This document shows positions 1 through 14,529 of a stretch of DNA of 64,000 nucleotides, one piece after another (positions within the stretch are counted from its first letter, which is position 1; every line of letters starts with the position of its first letter). Both the position numbers and the translations under genes were made by a program. The notes beneath the pieces were generated by a model. The model ran no database searches, had not been told where the DNA came from, and saw only the letters and a list, made by a program, of their open reading frames with translations. Origin of the DNA: Bugula neritina (taxonomy: Eukaryota > Animalia > Bryozoa); contig OZ037773.1 of assembly GCA_964035545.1 (NCBI GenBank), forward strand, positions 9,205,751-9,269,750, in the 5' to 3' direction.

Positions 1-180
1 CAAAAGCATTGAACTTTCTATAGCCAACATTTATTTAAGCAAGTAGGCTAAATCAGTCAGTTACTGTATGGAAAACAATGTAAAGAGATTCATATGGTAC
101 ATTAACGGCGATATCACAAAAATCTGTAAGTTTCATAACAAAAAGTTACATTTTAATTTCATTACTTATATATATTGCAG

Positions 181-275
181 GCACCAGTTTTGGATTGACT
201 TTGAAAAGACAGAAAAGAAGTCCGGTAACCCCACCACCTGGATTTCAGTCACTCGAGAAAAAATTCCAAAGCTAA
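181..275 (+). CDS. Prepropeptide P0, second coding exon only (signal exon lies left of the window): (G)TSFGLTLKRQKR-SPVTPPPGFQSLEKKFQS*
   Basis: Acceptor ttgcAG at 179-180, phase-1 frame, stop at 273-275. Inverted paralogue of the complete gene P3 (6504-7064). R-Q-K-R convertase site. Confidence 0.75.
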
Positions 276-1450
276 AGGGGACTTTAATAAACTTTTCAAG
301 AAACAAATGAACTCTTTCATTATGATTGGTTGAAATTTGTTATGTCTAATAAAATAATACGTTTTACATTTTCATGTTTTCACATGTGTTACTAATCCCT
401 ATTTGCGATTCATATGTTCAGACAACTGCATTGCATGGTTAACATAACTAAATAATATAAATTCACATTATACTGCCTGCAATTATCTTATCAAACTAAA
501 AACTTTCATGATATAGAAATCTTGATTGCCTTAATTGTAAGAGTTTGAACTGTTTGCAAAGTCAGCGGGCGCTTTGTTTTGATCTGATGCACAATTTCTA
601 TTTACATATTTGGTTCATTAGCAAATACCAAAAATAATTAATATAAGAAATCTGATACCATATCGTTAAAATAAAGAATGTATCAATGCAATGCTTATAA
701 CTGAATAATTTGTGATCCACATACTGCATGATAGAGTAAAACGTACAGTTGCCATGCAACTCTTGCTGCACACTTTATGTTGCTAAAAAGTTGTGAGCAT
801 ATAATTACATTTCCATACATTTATTATTTGAAATTGTGTCAAGAGCTAAACAAAGTTCTATTTAGTGGTACTGTTTTTCCTTGTAAAACATCCCATTCTA
901 AAAACAGTTATATTAGGGCAATTTTAGTAGCTACTTCACTATAGTCAAGTTGGAAAAGCTTACAGTCATGGAATTGTCTATTTTTAGTTACAGTTGAACA
1001 ATTTTGCATACAACATCTGGGTTCTAGGGTTGCCAATTACGATATATAAGAAGTTATGCTCTAAATATTTATCATAGACTTGTATATCGTCATATAAGAT
1101 AAAGCATTAGCAACAGGCAGAGTCAATAAAAAGAGAGAAACTTCAGAAGCTGGCAAGATTTCTATAATTCATATCAAAACAAAAATTTTAATGTGGTGTA
1201 TTTATGCGAAGCATCGCCTTTAAATCTGAAAAAAAAGAAGTTTCAAGTGAAATAAGTTACTGTCAGAAAACAATTGAGAACCAACTAAATATTTTACATC
1301 TAAACCACAAGTACTGAGTAGAATTGAATATGTAAATCATGTGAAAGTAGACATTACTGTTTGAAGGCGCATCACTGTATTGTTTGCTATATGTAATATA
1401 GTCTATACACATTATAGTATTTATTTCTTTATCAAAATCAAACCGAAAGT

Positions 1451-2220
1451 ATGAAGTTCCTTTCTGTAACCTTTCTAATGCTTGTCATGGCACTTTTCTC
1501 TATAAACATGTTGGGTAAGTAGCAGATTTGTACCGTATCTATAATAGCAAAATGTTATTTGCATTGAAGACCATTTTATCATAATATATAAAAAAATTAT
1601 GTATTTCTTGTCCATTTTCCCCCCTTCTGTATAAAAAATGAAATCAGTAGAAAATTAGAAGCACAAGTTACTGTTCACCATGTATTTGCTAAATATAATA
1701 TATTCAAATTAAACTTCATATATTTGAAAAATTGGCTGCATCTTTTTAACTGTTGAGTTACACAGTTTGAGTTCTTTTGACTGTATCAATTCCTATAATA
1801 TTTTACAAGACCATTGAAGGCAGCAATGTTTTATAAACACAATCTTTGAATAGTATAGGGTATTCCATTATGTTGATAACACACACTTATATACTAATGA
1901 TATTCGTGGTGTTGCCACCTCCAGATATAGCTCCTTATATATCGAAATGATTAGCACAGCTGCAGTCAAGTCTGAAGCTTGGTTCTCAGTTGGTCAGTTA
2001 TTCTATATACAATATTATTCATTGCATCATATTTTGGTATTCAATTACAGGAGCTAGTTTTGGATTGACTTTAAAGAGACTGCCAAAGAGCGAACTAAGG
2101 CCACCTAGCCAAGGGCTCCAGATAAGACTGCCAAAGATAGAACTAAGGCCACCCAGCCAAAGACTCCAGAAGTTTCTGAAAGATTATTTTAAAAAATTAA
2201 ATATTCCAAACTTCACTTAG
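1451..2220 (+). CDS. Prepropeptide P1, join(1451..1514,2051..2220): MKFLSVTFLMLVMALFSINMLGASFGLTLKR-LPKSELRPPSQGLQIRLPKIELRPPSQRLQKFLKDYFKKLNIPNFT
   Basis: Hydrophobic signal exon, GTAAGT donor at 1515, ttacAG acceptor at 2049-2050, frame preserved. Two 16-aa repeats. Paralogous to P2 and P4. Confidence 0.8.
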
Positions 2221-4539
2221 CCCAATGACCAAAGCTTTTATTGCACTAACTTTCAATAATTATTTTGAACTTTGCATCATTTATGCAACTGATTTTTAAG
2301 CTAACTCAAAATTGATTTCAAAAGATTCATCTTGCAGAAGAGATCCTGGTTTTGACAAAGAATTCAAGCTTCGTGCACATAAAAAAATAGAACGATTGTG
2401 GTTCGAGTGATAACAACTAAGAATTATACTGCACGGAGTTATAGGCAATTTCAAATTATAATCAGTTGGAAAACCGCCACCATATGTTACATTGGGCTTG
2501 ACTTGGCATAACCAAAAATTTCCATTGCGCATAATTTAGCTTAATTTTTTACCTGATTTATAGGTATGGTAATGTGTAAGATATAACAAACTTGGCATTT
2601 GAAGTGATTTATGATATATTGGCTTTAGGTATATTATATGTGCAATATTGCTATGACACTTCGAACATTAATATTAGATGAGCCAGAATTATAAACTGGA
2701 CAATATGAATAAATACCAGAAAGTAGGACACATAATTGTCTATAGAAGGTGAATTATAATTGTTAACTTTTTTATTTAGCCTAAGCGTTGATCAAACACT
2801 GTTCAAAATTGTGCGAGGCTACAGCTGCACCTTCTAGACTCGTGTTTTCCTGCCTACTAATCTTTTTGGCCACATATATAGTTTATCAAACTGATGAAAG
2901 TAACAGCGAGCTGGCATTAAACTTTTAGTTGTGGTTCTCAGATTGACCAAGCTTTCCCGTTCTCCTTGGAAGTTATGAGCTCAGTACAACTCATAGCCTT
3001 AGGTTAGTATAATATACTTGTTCAGTGTTGAGCTCTTGGTTTCTGAGAGGAAATTCATGCACTCTAACTAATTGAAGTTGTAAAGCTATGTCACAATTAT
3101 ACTACTTTACTTACAATTGATGACCAGTTTTGCTAGGAATTAGTAATTTATGACAAGAAAGAAATTGGATATTGCTGCGGAAGCACTAGCATAAATATAA
3201 AACTAAATAAAAAAAATACAATTGATTCAATTCAAATAATACCATAATTAAGAATGGGCTGAAATGGTATACTGACATGCAATGCAGCGAATTCAATCTA
3301 TGAACCATCTGCAAAAGCGTCAACATAATAGTTTGCTTGAATGCCCGGTGTAGCCTATTGGGTATGATTTGGCATAAGTTTGATTTATGTTGCAGATTAT
3401 AAGTGGTTTACGGTTGAACTTTGTATATTTCCATTTAGGTTTAAGGATATCATTATCATATGTGGTAATTATGCTGAAAACTCTGAAGTCCTGCATATTA
3501 ATTCAGTTTAGTTTTGATTATTATACTCTTCAGCTGGTGTTTCCACTACAGACTCTACCTTGGTTGCTTCCATATTAAAAACTGAATGGCAATTCTCGCT
3601 TTAATCAAATTATATACCAAACTTTGAGATGCTGCTAACTAAAATAAAATACTATCATGGAAAAATGTGCATTGTTTTTTTTCTCAAAATTAAAAAATAT
3701 AACTTTTATGGCTTATGCAACTGGTATTTATAACATCATATTAAAGTTATTCATAGCATAGCTATATTGACAGAATGCTTGAGTTAAATTTGAAGTTATA
3801 ATAACTAAACCAGAATCAGGTTTCAACTTTTTAGACCTGAAATATGACTTTTGTGTTTATATAACATATGAAAGTATAAAAATTCCATGTATAATTCAGC
3901 TTCTAGCAGTTGCTTGAATAAAAAAATTAGACCCAAGTTGAATGGATTCATTGAGCAAGAATAGTTTGGAGTTGGCTGTTTGTTACAGTTGAATGACTTC
4001 TCAAAATACTTCAGCAACAGGATAAATAGATGTATGCAATGCATAAAATGACTCGCTCAGGTTAGTTAATATATAGTTGGTTGCAGAAAACAGTCTTGGA
4101 AGAAGGTGCAGTGCTTTTGAGAGGATAATTTTCAAATTTGGTAAATCAAGTGACGAATCTAATTAAATCTATTGCAAAATGAAACACTATTACATACTTT
4201 TACACATATATCATTCTATATACAAAAACTTTGGATATTAAGACCTATTAGACTAATTCACTTTGATGTTTCACTTTAACTGCTGTATATATAAATTTAT
4301 AATTTGAAATTGCCTATAACTCCGTGCAGTATATTATTCTTAGTTATTATCACTCGAACCACAATTGTTCTATTTTTTTATGTGCACGAAACTTGAATTC
4401 CTTGTCAAAACCAGGATGTCTTCTGCAAAATTCATTTTTTGAAATCGATTTTGAGTTAGCTTAAAAATCAGTTGCATAAATGATGCAAAGTTCAAAATAA
4501 TTATTGAAAGTTAGTGCAATAAAAGCTTTGGTCATTGGG

Positions 4540-5339
4540 CTAAGTGAAGTTTGGAATATTTAATTTTCTAAAATAATCTTTCAGTAGCTTCTGAAATCCA
4601 TGAACGGGTGGCCTTAGTTCTCTCTTTGTCAGTCTTATCTGGAAGCCATGATTAGGTGGTCCTAGTTCTCTCTTTGTCAGTCTCTTTAAAGTAAATCCGA
4701 AGCTAGTTCCTGTAATTGAATGCCAAAATATGATGCAATGACTAATATTGTATATAGGATAACTGACCAACCGAGAACCAAGCTTCAGACTTAACTACAG
4801 CTGTGCTAACCATTACGCTATATTATATAAGGGGCTATAACTGGGAATGTCAACACCACGAATATCATTAGTATAAGTGTGTGTTATCAACATAATGAAA
4901 TACCCCATAATATTCAAGGATTGTGTTTATAAAACATTGATGCTTTCAATGGTATCGTAACATATAGGAATTGATACAGTCAAAATAACTCAAACTGTGT
5001 AAGTCAACAGTTAAAAAGATGCAGCCAATTTTTCAAAACTATAAAGTTTAATTTGAATATATTATATTTAGCAAATACATAGTAAACAGTAACTTGTGTT
5101 TCTAATTTTCTGCTGATTTTAATTTTTTATATAGCACGGGGAAAAAATAGACAAGAAATATATAATTTTTTTCACATATTGAAATAAAATGGTTTTCAAT
5201 GCAAATAACATTTTGCTATTATAGATAGTCAAGATAGTCAAAAAGAGTGTCTTCTGGTACAAATCAGCTACTTACTCAATATGTTTATAGAGAAAAGTGC
5301 CATGACAAGCATTAGAAAGGTTACAGAAAGAAATTTCAT
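4540..5339 (-). CDS. Prepropeptide P2, complement(join(4540..4709,5276..5339)): MKFLSVTFLMLVMALFSINILRTSFGFTLKRLTKR-ELGPPNHGFQIRLTKR-ELRPPVHGFQKLLKDYFRKLNIPNFT
   Basis: Signal exon with GTAAGT donor, canonical acceptor, two R-L-T-K-R sites. Lies in the inverted arm matching P1. Confidence 0.82.
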
Positions 5340-6503
5340 ACTTTCGGTTTGTTTTTGCTTAAAAAAACACTACTATGCGTATACACCATATTATATATAG
5401 CAAACAATACAGTGATATGCGCCTTCAAACAGTAATGTCTACTTTCACACGATTTACATATTCAATTCTAATCAGTACTATTGGTTTAGATGTAAAATAT
5501 TTAGTTGGTTCTCAATTGGTTTGTGACAGTCACTCATTTCACCTGAAACCTCTTCTTTTATCAGGGTTAAAGGCGATGCTTTGCATAAATACACCACATT
5601 AAAATTTTTGTTCTGATATGAATTATAGAAATCTTGCCAGCTTCTGAAGTTTCTCTTTTTTTATTGACTCTGCCTGTTGCTAATGCTTTATCTTATATGA
5701 CGATATACAAGTCTATAATAAATATTTAGAGCATAACTTCTTATATATCATAATTGGCACCCTTAGAACCCAGATGTTGTATGCAAAATTGTTCAACTGT
5801 AACTATGAATAGACAATTCCACGACTGTAAGCTCTTTCAACTTAACTATAGTGAAGTATAAGCTACTAAAATTGCCCTAATATAACTGTTTTTAGAATGG
5901 GATGTTTTACAATGAAAAACATTACCACTATATAAAACTTTGTTTAGTTCTTGACACAATTTCAAATAATAAATGTATGGAAATGTAATATGCTCACAAC
6001 TTTTTAGCAGCATATAATGTGCAGCAAGAGCTGCATATGACAGCTGTACGTTTTACTCTATCATGCAGTATGTGGATCACAAATTATTCAGTTATAAGCA
6101 TTGCATTGATACATTCTTTATTTTAACGATATGGTATCAGATTTCTTACATTAATTATTTTTGGTATTTGCTAATTAACCAAATATGTAAATAGAAATTG
6201 TGCATCAGATCAAAACAAAGCGCCCGCTGACTTTGCAAACAGTTCAAACTCTTACAATTAAGGCAATCAAGATTTCTATATCATGAAAGTTTTTAGTTTG
6301 ATGAGATAATTGCAGGCAGTATAATGTGACTTTATATTATCTAGTTATGTTAACCATATGCAATGCAGTTGTCTGAACATATGAATCGCAAATAGAGATT
6401 AGTAACACATGTGAAAACATGAAAATGTAAAACATATTATTTTATTAGACATAACAAATTTCAGCCAATCATAATGAAACAGTTCATTTGTTTCTGGAAA
6501 AGT

Positions 6504-7064
6504 TTATTGGAATTTTTTCTCGAGTGACTGAAATCCAGGTGATCCAGGTGGGTCTTTTATTGCACTTCTTTTTTGTCTTTTCGAAGTCAATCCAAAACTG
6601 GTGCCTGCAATATAATTATAAGTAATAAAATTATAACTTTTTTTTAGGAAACTTACAGGTTTTTGGAATATAGCCTTTAATGTACTACATGAATCTCCTT
6701 ACCTTGTTTTCCATATAGTAACAGACTGATTTAGCCTACTTGCTTAAATAAATGTTGGCTATAGAATAATCAAGGCTTTTGCTAAATATAAACCGAGCAT
6801 TTCGTGACTCGCAATAACTATAACTTGTATGTATCCAATATGTTGCTGAGAATAAGCATGGGATAAATTATAGCTCTTTGATACAAAAGCTAACCTAGAG
6901 TTTTAACAGTTTATAAAACACTGTTAACATAAAACATGTAGAAGGCTGCAATTAGAGAACCGGCGTTACTAAAAATGAACATGGCAATATGATGACTTAC
7001 CCCCGAGCATAGCGATCAATAGAAGTGTCACGGCAAGCTTTAGAAAGAGCTGAAGGTACTCCAT
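6504..7064 (-). CDS. Prepropeptide P3, complement(join(6504..6604,7001..7064)): MEYLQLFLKLAVTLLLIAMLGGTSFGLTSKRQKR-SAIKDPPGSPGFQSLEKKFQ
   Basis: 64-nt signal exon with GTAAGT donor, ttgcAG acceptor, phase 1, R-Q-K-R site. Candidate upstream non-coding-exon donors at ~7305-7325 on the minus strand. Confidence 0.82.
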
Positions 7065-7804
7065 TTTGTATCTTGCTATAAAAGACATATTCAATGATTA
7101 CATAAGAAGTAATATAGTATAAGTTGTTGTTTTTTGGCTTTGGATTTTTTTACAAGCCACTAGATATATTTGCGGACTGGATTCTATACAATTTCATCAC
7201 TTGGCGTGTAAAAGTTGAAATGAAATTAACTTATTTGAATTAAGTTTCAAGATAATACAACACAATACTAATTTTACAACTGCATGCTGAAGCTTTTACT
7301 TTACATTTACCTGAACTTACCTGGTTTAGGAATGAATCTCTTTTTAACAACTGAACTACTTTCCAGCGTGTGATCAACTTATATATCTGACTCTAAGAAC
7401 CAACCACAGATAACTACTTTTGCTAAAGTACTTTAGAGAAATCATTCAACTGTAACTTAAGCAAGCACATTCAAATTAATTAATAGCTTTAGTCAAGTTA
7501 TATATACTGCAGCTGCTAGAAATAGAATCATTATACGCGGGTTTTAAAGTTGGTTTGCTTGATCAAGTTAAACTGGCACAATTCGAAATTCAGTCAAATA
7601 AAACCACAGCAGATTTTGTGATATTAATAATCAAATATACATATACAACAATCTGCCTCCTTTTTACTCATGGAAAGGCAACTTCCAAAATATTCTAGAA
7701 TTATCAAACATTAGCTGTAGGCTTTATCAAAATCTAGTTTGAGATTAAGTAGTGTCTGCTGCATGATACATATATATTGCTATATGTGTCTGAAACATCT
7801 ACAA

Positions 7805-7965
7805 TGATGATACATATAAGATTTGACACATATATTATGATGACACATATAAAATTTGACACATTTATCATGATGACACATATGAGATATGACACATATG
7901 AGATGATGACATCTATATGATGACAATTGAATATAAAATACAACACATATAATCGATGATGACAC
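7805..7965 (+). repeat. Degenerate short tandem repeat with core gatgacacatat
   Basis: About 8 imperfect copies immediately upstream of hammerhead element copy 1. Confidence 0.7.
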
Positions 7966-7984
7966 AAAAAAAAAATATATATAT

Positions 7985-8020
<36 letters not shown>

Positions 8021-8278
8021 GATGACATTAAATGACATTAAATGATTGAGCACTCTCACCATGGTCACAAACTCAAGCTGCTAGCATTTACCAATGCTCG
8101 TGACTCCTAGGTGACCCCTAGAGTCACTTGAGCACTCTGGCTTGAGTTTACACACCTTTTAAATATGCTTTAGTAAAACTATGAGTTTTACTATTGCGAA
8201 GGTGTGGGCTATGGTACTCCGTTCTGTGCTGATGAGGGGACAAATCCCGAAACAGCTGCTGTCCACAGATTGAGATAT
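8021..8278 (+). mobile_element. Hammerhead-bearing non-autonomous retroelement (retrozyme or Penelope pseudo-LTR-like), copy 1
   Basis: Near-identical to 11915-12160 and 51313-51452, flanked on both sides by (AT)n. Confidence 0.75.
8223..8269 (+). ncRNA. Type I hammerhead ribozyme motif
   Basis: Stem I tctgtg/cacaga; core CTGATGA at 8229-8235; stem II gggg-acaaa-tccc; GAAA at 8249-8252; minimal stem III acagc-t-gctgt; GUC cleavage triplet ending at 8263. Confidence 0.85.
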
Positions 8279-8280
8279 AT

Positions 8281-8369
<89 letters not shown>

Positions 8370-9174
8370 ATATTGTATCGCATATATATGCAATACAATA
8401 TCCTATAACGTAATATATACATTCTAACGCAAATACTTTTATTCAAAACCTTATATAGTTAACTTAAAGCAAAACAATTTTCAATCAACCACATCCACAT
8501 CAAACTTTTAACCCTTTTAAGTTATTTATACCATAACACCACATTTGGAAGCCAAAAGAATTTTAAACCTTTAGTGCCAAGGAAAGCAGATTAATTTCAT
8601 ATATTATAATACTTTTGATCCACTTGGCAAGAGGTATCTATAACCATATTTTGCTGCCAATGTTTTTTTGCTGGCCAGCTATCCTACAGTTTCTGTAACA
8701 TTCATACAGCTCCACCTTCTTGCCAGCTATAAGGGTGCATTGCTGACTAATGCGCTACCTCACTTTAACGCTCACCTTTCACCAGTACATACACAGTCCT
8801 GATCAGTATCTGTTTTATTAGGGCTTATAATAAATCTTATTGAAGTACCCATTATATAAGCATGTCATGCCGCGGTTTATGGCATTAGCAAACCTTATTA
8901 GAGTGTTTTGTGGACAATTTTATATCAAATTACCAAACTGCAGTTAAACTATGGCTACTATAAAAGAAAGTATATACATATTTTTATAGAAAACATATAT
9001 TAATGAGTCTGTTTAGTACATGTGATTTTGTGCAGTTGACTTAACTACTAATTAAGTTATTTTACAAGGAAGCATAATGATTGACTCAAATTGGTTACTT
9101 TCTATCAAGTTTCTATTCCTGGACTTTTATGCACAAATTTATCGCATGCTGGACATATAAGATAATGGTTTTAG

Positions 9175-9698
<524 letters not shown>

Positions 9699-9699
9699 C

Positions 9700-11690
9700 A
9701 AACTTGTATTTTAGTTTGAGCAATGGAATATTATAGACCTGTGGTTTATATTAAAATGCATGCAATGTTTCTGAAAATAAGACTAGACATATGTAACTTT
9801 ATATATAAGTCATAGTTGACCCTTTAAAAGTCGTAAGTTTATTAATCATAGACAAGTTAAGGCTCCTTCCTATAGCATACAGCTTACTTTAATTAGTATA
9901 AAACGTATAACAAGGTTTAGCAGGCAACCATCACTTATTTAAGACTATAAATAATGATTAATGCTTGAAATGTAGGATGAATATTATATATATTTATTTC
10001 TATAAATCATGGCTGACCTCAAAATGTCAAGCTGTTTTTTGTTGTGGGATTCAGAACTTCTATACATTAAATAGTAGAAGTAAAAGCATATTCAAAAGTT
10101 AAAATGCTTGGCAAAGGCATGAATATAATATGTAGATAATTTCAAAATGATCTGGCAATACTCTGAGAAGCAAACATGTCTTTTTTATTTGACCTACTTT
10201 AGGCACCTGCAAGTGTATATCTCATCACCTGTATATACCTCATTACCTGTGTACCTCATCACCTGTATATACCTCATTACCTGTATATACCTAATTACCT
10301 GTATACCTCCTCACCTGTATATACCTCATCACCTGTATATACCTCATTACCTGTATATACCTAATTACCTGTATACCTCATCACCTGTATATACCTCATT
10401 ACCTGTATATACCTAATTACCTGTATACCTCCTCACCTGTATATACCTCATTATCTGTATACCTCTTCAGCTGTATATCTCACCATCTGTGTACCTCATC
10501 ACCTGCATATACCTCATTACCTGTATATACCTCATTACCTGTATAACTCATTACTTGATATACTAATCAATCATTACCTGTACATAAAAACCTAGTACTA
10601 CTATACTTGTGTACCTAGAACACTATAAGTTTCATGCTCTGTATTATTTGTATGCATTTTTATATCATACCTATATTATACCTCATATATCACATGTAAA
10701 CTCTGTTTCACCTTATTAAACCCTGCATGACTTTGTACATTATCTTGTCTGCCATCTGCAGTATGAAAGAAACTGCTGATTATATAGACACAAAATGAGG
10801 ACAATAAGCATGCTGCTTTTCTACCACCTGATCACTGAACGTTAAATTATCAGTTAACATTTAACCATGCAGGTAGTCATTAAGCTATACTATAGCTGTA
10901 AAATCAATGATCAGTAGGATATTATATATGGGGTAACTATAAGTTGGGCACCTCTGTATAGGGTTCATTTATTGTGTGCAGAATCTGTTCAGCTGAAAGA
11001 TATTTATTAGCATAAGAAGTGGCTATTTGAGAAACCTAAATAGTGAAAAATAATATAGGTATCTCTCGTTATATGCCATCTATTTGGAAATATATATGTG
11101 AAATTTAATATCATGTTAAATGGGCGAAATGATTCATCTATAAATAATATGAATTAGAGCTGGAACAAACTGTAAAGCTGTGTATATATATATATATATA
11201 TATTATAATAAAGCAACTGAACTAAAGTAAATGTAATAATAATGTAATAAATTTAATGTAATAAATTTAATGTAATAAATGTAATAAATTGATTAATCAT
11301 AAACCGCATATCTGCAGCATGAATCAAAGCTTATACCAGTTGTCATACCATAGACATGCTGGCATTTAGCTGACACTTTGAGTAAGTATAGACAACCTGA
11401 ATGCTATAGATTGCTAGTTAAGTATTGTACCGCTCTGACAGTTACTCAGTTACTATTAGTGTTCTTCTTATTTGCAACAAGAGCCAACCATCAACAAATT
11501 ATCATAATAATTTTACAAAGTCAAATAATTCAACTTAATTGCAAGTCAGTTTAACATATCTTTGTAAATAATGGTAATCGGATTAACAAATTCAGTGGGA
11601 TGTTGTAATAGCATTTTAAAATTTAATTTTAAAATTCAATATTTCAATTTTGTCAATATAAGGAAGCCAATATAATGATATGGTATTGTG
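9700..11690 (-). repeat. Inverted copy of ~20490-21940 and ~29820-31110
   Basis: Reverse-complement matches, for example 9900-9960 vs 21690-21745 and 10740-10840 vs 21310-21410. Confidence 0.85.
10215..10580 (+). repeat. Minisatellite with 16-18-bp unit (ta)tacctcattacctg
   Basis: About 20 degenerate copies. A shorter inverted version lies at ~30860-31000. Confidence 0.9.
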
Positions 11691-11779
11691 GCAAATTTAT
11701 CTGACGAGTGCACATCGTTTTTGTGTACAAAACTACTAGTAATAAATGCCATTATATTAATCAAATCTCATTTTATTTC

Positions 11780-11857
<78 letters not shown>

Positions 11858-11861
<4 letters not shown>

Positions 11862-12155
11862 GAAACAGCTGCTGTCCACAGATTGAGATATTACGCTCTC
11901 ATTTAATGCTCAGCAATGACATTAAATGATTGAGCACTCTCACCATGGTCACAAACTCAAGCTGCTAGCATTTTGCAATGCTCGTGACTCCTAGGTGACC
12001 CCTAGAGTCACTTGAGCACTCTGGCTTAAGTTTACACACCTTTTAAATATGCTTTAGTAAAACTATAAGTTTTACTATTGCGAAGGTGTGGGCCATGGTA
12101 CTCTGTTCTGCGCTGATGAAGTGACAAATCCCGAAACAGCGGCTGTCTACAGATT

Positions 12156-12160
<5 letters not shown>
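11858..12160 (+). mobile_element. Hammerhead-bearing element, copy 2: partial tandem with a 271-bp period
   Basis: Starts with the 3' half of the ribozyme (cgaaacagctgctgtccacag at 11861) and ends with a degenerate full ribozyme (cgaaac at 12132). Embedded in (AT)n. Confidence 0.78.
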
Positions 12161-12245
<85 letters not shown>

Positions 12246-14529
12246 TATAATGCAGTTATATATATATATATATAACTGCATCATCGACAAGAATCTTATT
12301 GTCATTTATCATTATTTAGCTATATCTTGTTATAACAAAAAAAGCAGCGTATAACCAGAGTAGATCACAAAACAAAGCCTAAATGTATCTAATGTAATAC
12401 CTGAAATTAAGGATTGTTCTAGAAAAAAGCTCAGAGTTATCTGTCCTTTAGATTGTTTATAATAAAAAGAAAATCACTAGATAAACTACAGGAGTACATA
12501 ACTCTGAGTGATTGGACAGCTGCAGCTTATGAATAATGCACAAGAAAAATGAGAGCACCATAAAATAAATATACTAATATACTAGTTTACCAGTGAAGCT
12601 CTCACCATGATGGTTTGTTGGTAGAATAATTCAGTGAAATAAAAAACATAAAAATTAAGACCTGCAATAAATAAACTCAGCTTTGGAATGTAAAACAAAC
12701 AACTACAATTCCCAGTTCAGCAAAAATATCATTATTTTACATGCAAATTATAAGTATACTATTTTAGAATAGTTATAATCACTCAAACTTTAATGTTGGT
12801 CTACCGATGTTTAAACAATATATTACACTAGCAATATAAGGCAGTAAAACATATGGTAATTTGCTACAATTAAAAAAATAAATTAAGCTAAACTTGATAT
12901 GGGCATTCAATTTAAAGTAGTTAGGTTATTGTTTTAAATTTTTTATACTCAAAACATTGTTTTTATGTGCTTCAACATCAAAATTTAGTTTTATTCAATT
13001 TTCCGCTAAACTTCTTTGACTTACTTCGTTCTTATTAGTATTAGATTATTTTCCTTTGAACAGCCGATGTTTCAAGTTTTAGATATATTAGATGAAGGTT
13101 TTCCTGTTGTGCTGGCACCACTATACATTCTTCAGTAGTTTACATGAAAGGTCTATATTATTCTTAAGATAGTTTGTTAATCTTTCATCAAGCCATTGGG
13201 AAGGGTTATATGGTGCCTAGATTTTAGAATGCATCAACTCATGTGACTCAGTCACTCCAGTATATCAGTTCAGCTATATCAACACATCTGTTTTATTAAC
13301 AGCCTATAGTTTCACGTTATGTTGATTGAAGTAGTATGTATTAGCTTCTCACCTATAGTATCCATGTAATTTTTATCCAAGAACTTGCTAAAATTTCACT
13401 TTGATGTAGTTTTTCAAACCGTATATAATTGGATAAATAATATTACTAAAAATATTTGTTATCTTTCACAATTTTTTGCGAATTCATTTGTCTTTTAAAC
13501 AGCAATTGAGAGAAGACAACTGTCAAGCATCACCATGCATAAAATGATATTCTAACACAGTTTGGCATGTAATGTTTATTTGTCAAGTTGAATGCGTCCT
13601 TATAATTGTGAGACTTCAAACAGTTTGCAGTTTGCTTTGTTTTGATCTGATGCACAATCTCTATTTACATATTTTGTTCATTAGCAAATACCAAAATTAA
13701 TATAAGAATTATCATACCATATCGTTAAAATAAAGAATGTATAGATGCAATGCTTATAACAAAATAATTTGTGATCCCATATACTGCATGATAGAGTAAA
13801 ACGTACAGTTGTCATGTGCAACTCTTGCTGCACATTAAATGCTGCTAAAAAGTTGTGAGCATATAAATACATTTTCATACATTTATTATTTGAAATTGTG
13901 AAAAGAACTAAACAAAGTTTTATATAGTGGCACTGTTTTTCCTTGTAAAACATCCAATTCTAAAAACAGTATTTAGGACAATTTTAGTAGCTACTTCACT
14001 GGTTAAGTTAAAACAGCTTACAGTCATGGAATTATCTATTTATAGTTACAGTTGAACAATTTTGCACACGAAATCCGGGTTCTAGGGGTGCCAATTATGA
14101 TATTATATAAGAAGTTATGCTTCAAATATTTATTATAGACTTGTACATCGTCATATAAGATAAGGCATTAGTAGAAAGCTGAGTCAATACAAAAAGGGAA
14201 ACCTCGAAAGCTGGTAAGATTGCCATATTTCATGTCAAAACAAAGATTTTAATGTGGTGTATTTATGCGCATCATTGCTTTTAACTCTGATAAAGTAAAA
14301 GGTTTCAACAGTAAAATGAGTGACTGTCACAGAAAAGTTGAGAACTAACTACATTTTACATCTAAACCACAAGCACTGAATATAATACAATTTAGACATC
14401 ATATGTGAAAGTTATAGACATTACTGTTTGTTAGGGCGTGTTACTGTATTGTTTGCTATATATAATATAGTTTATATATGCATTAATAATAAAGTATTTA
14501 TTTTTTTTTAGCAAAATCAAACCGAAAGT

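Larger units (their letters stand above)
1..6781. repeat. Large inverted duplication: arms 1-2460 and ~4298-6781, ~1.8-kb spacer
   Basis: Continuous reverse-complement similarity, for example 2431-2460 vs 4298-4327 and 1-30 vs 6755-6781. Confidence 0.92.

Noticed and set aside
68-310. 80-aa ORF MENNVKRF
   Set aside because: Different frame from the conserved peptide exon and not preserved in the inverted copy.
1990-2050. ORF-track N-termini such as MVSYSIYNIIHCIIF (also at 4770, 14961, 24350)
   Set aside because: Intron sequence with non-ATG starts upstream of the true acceptor; stops occur in some copies.
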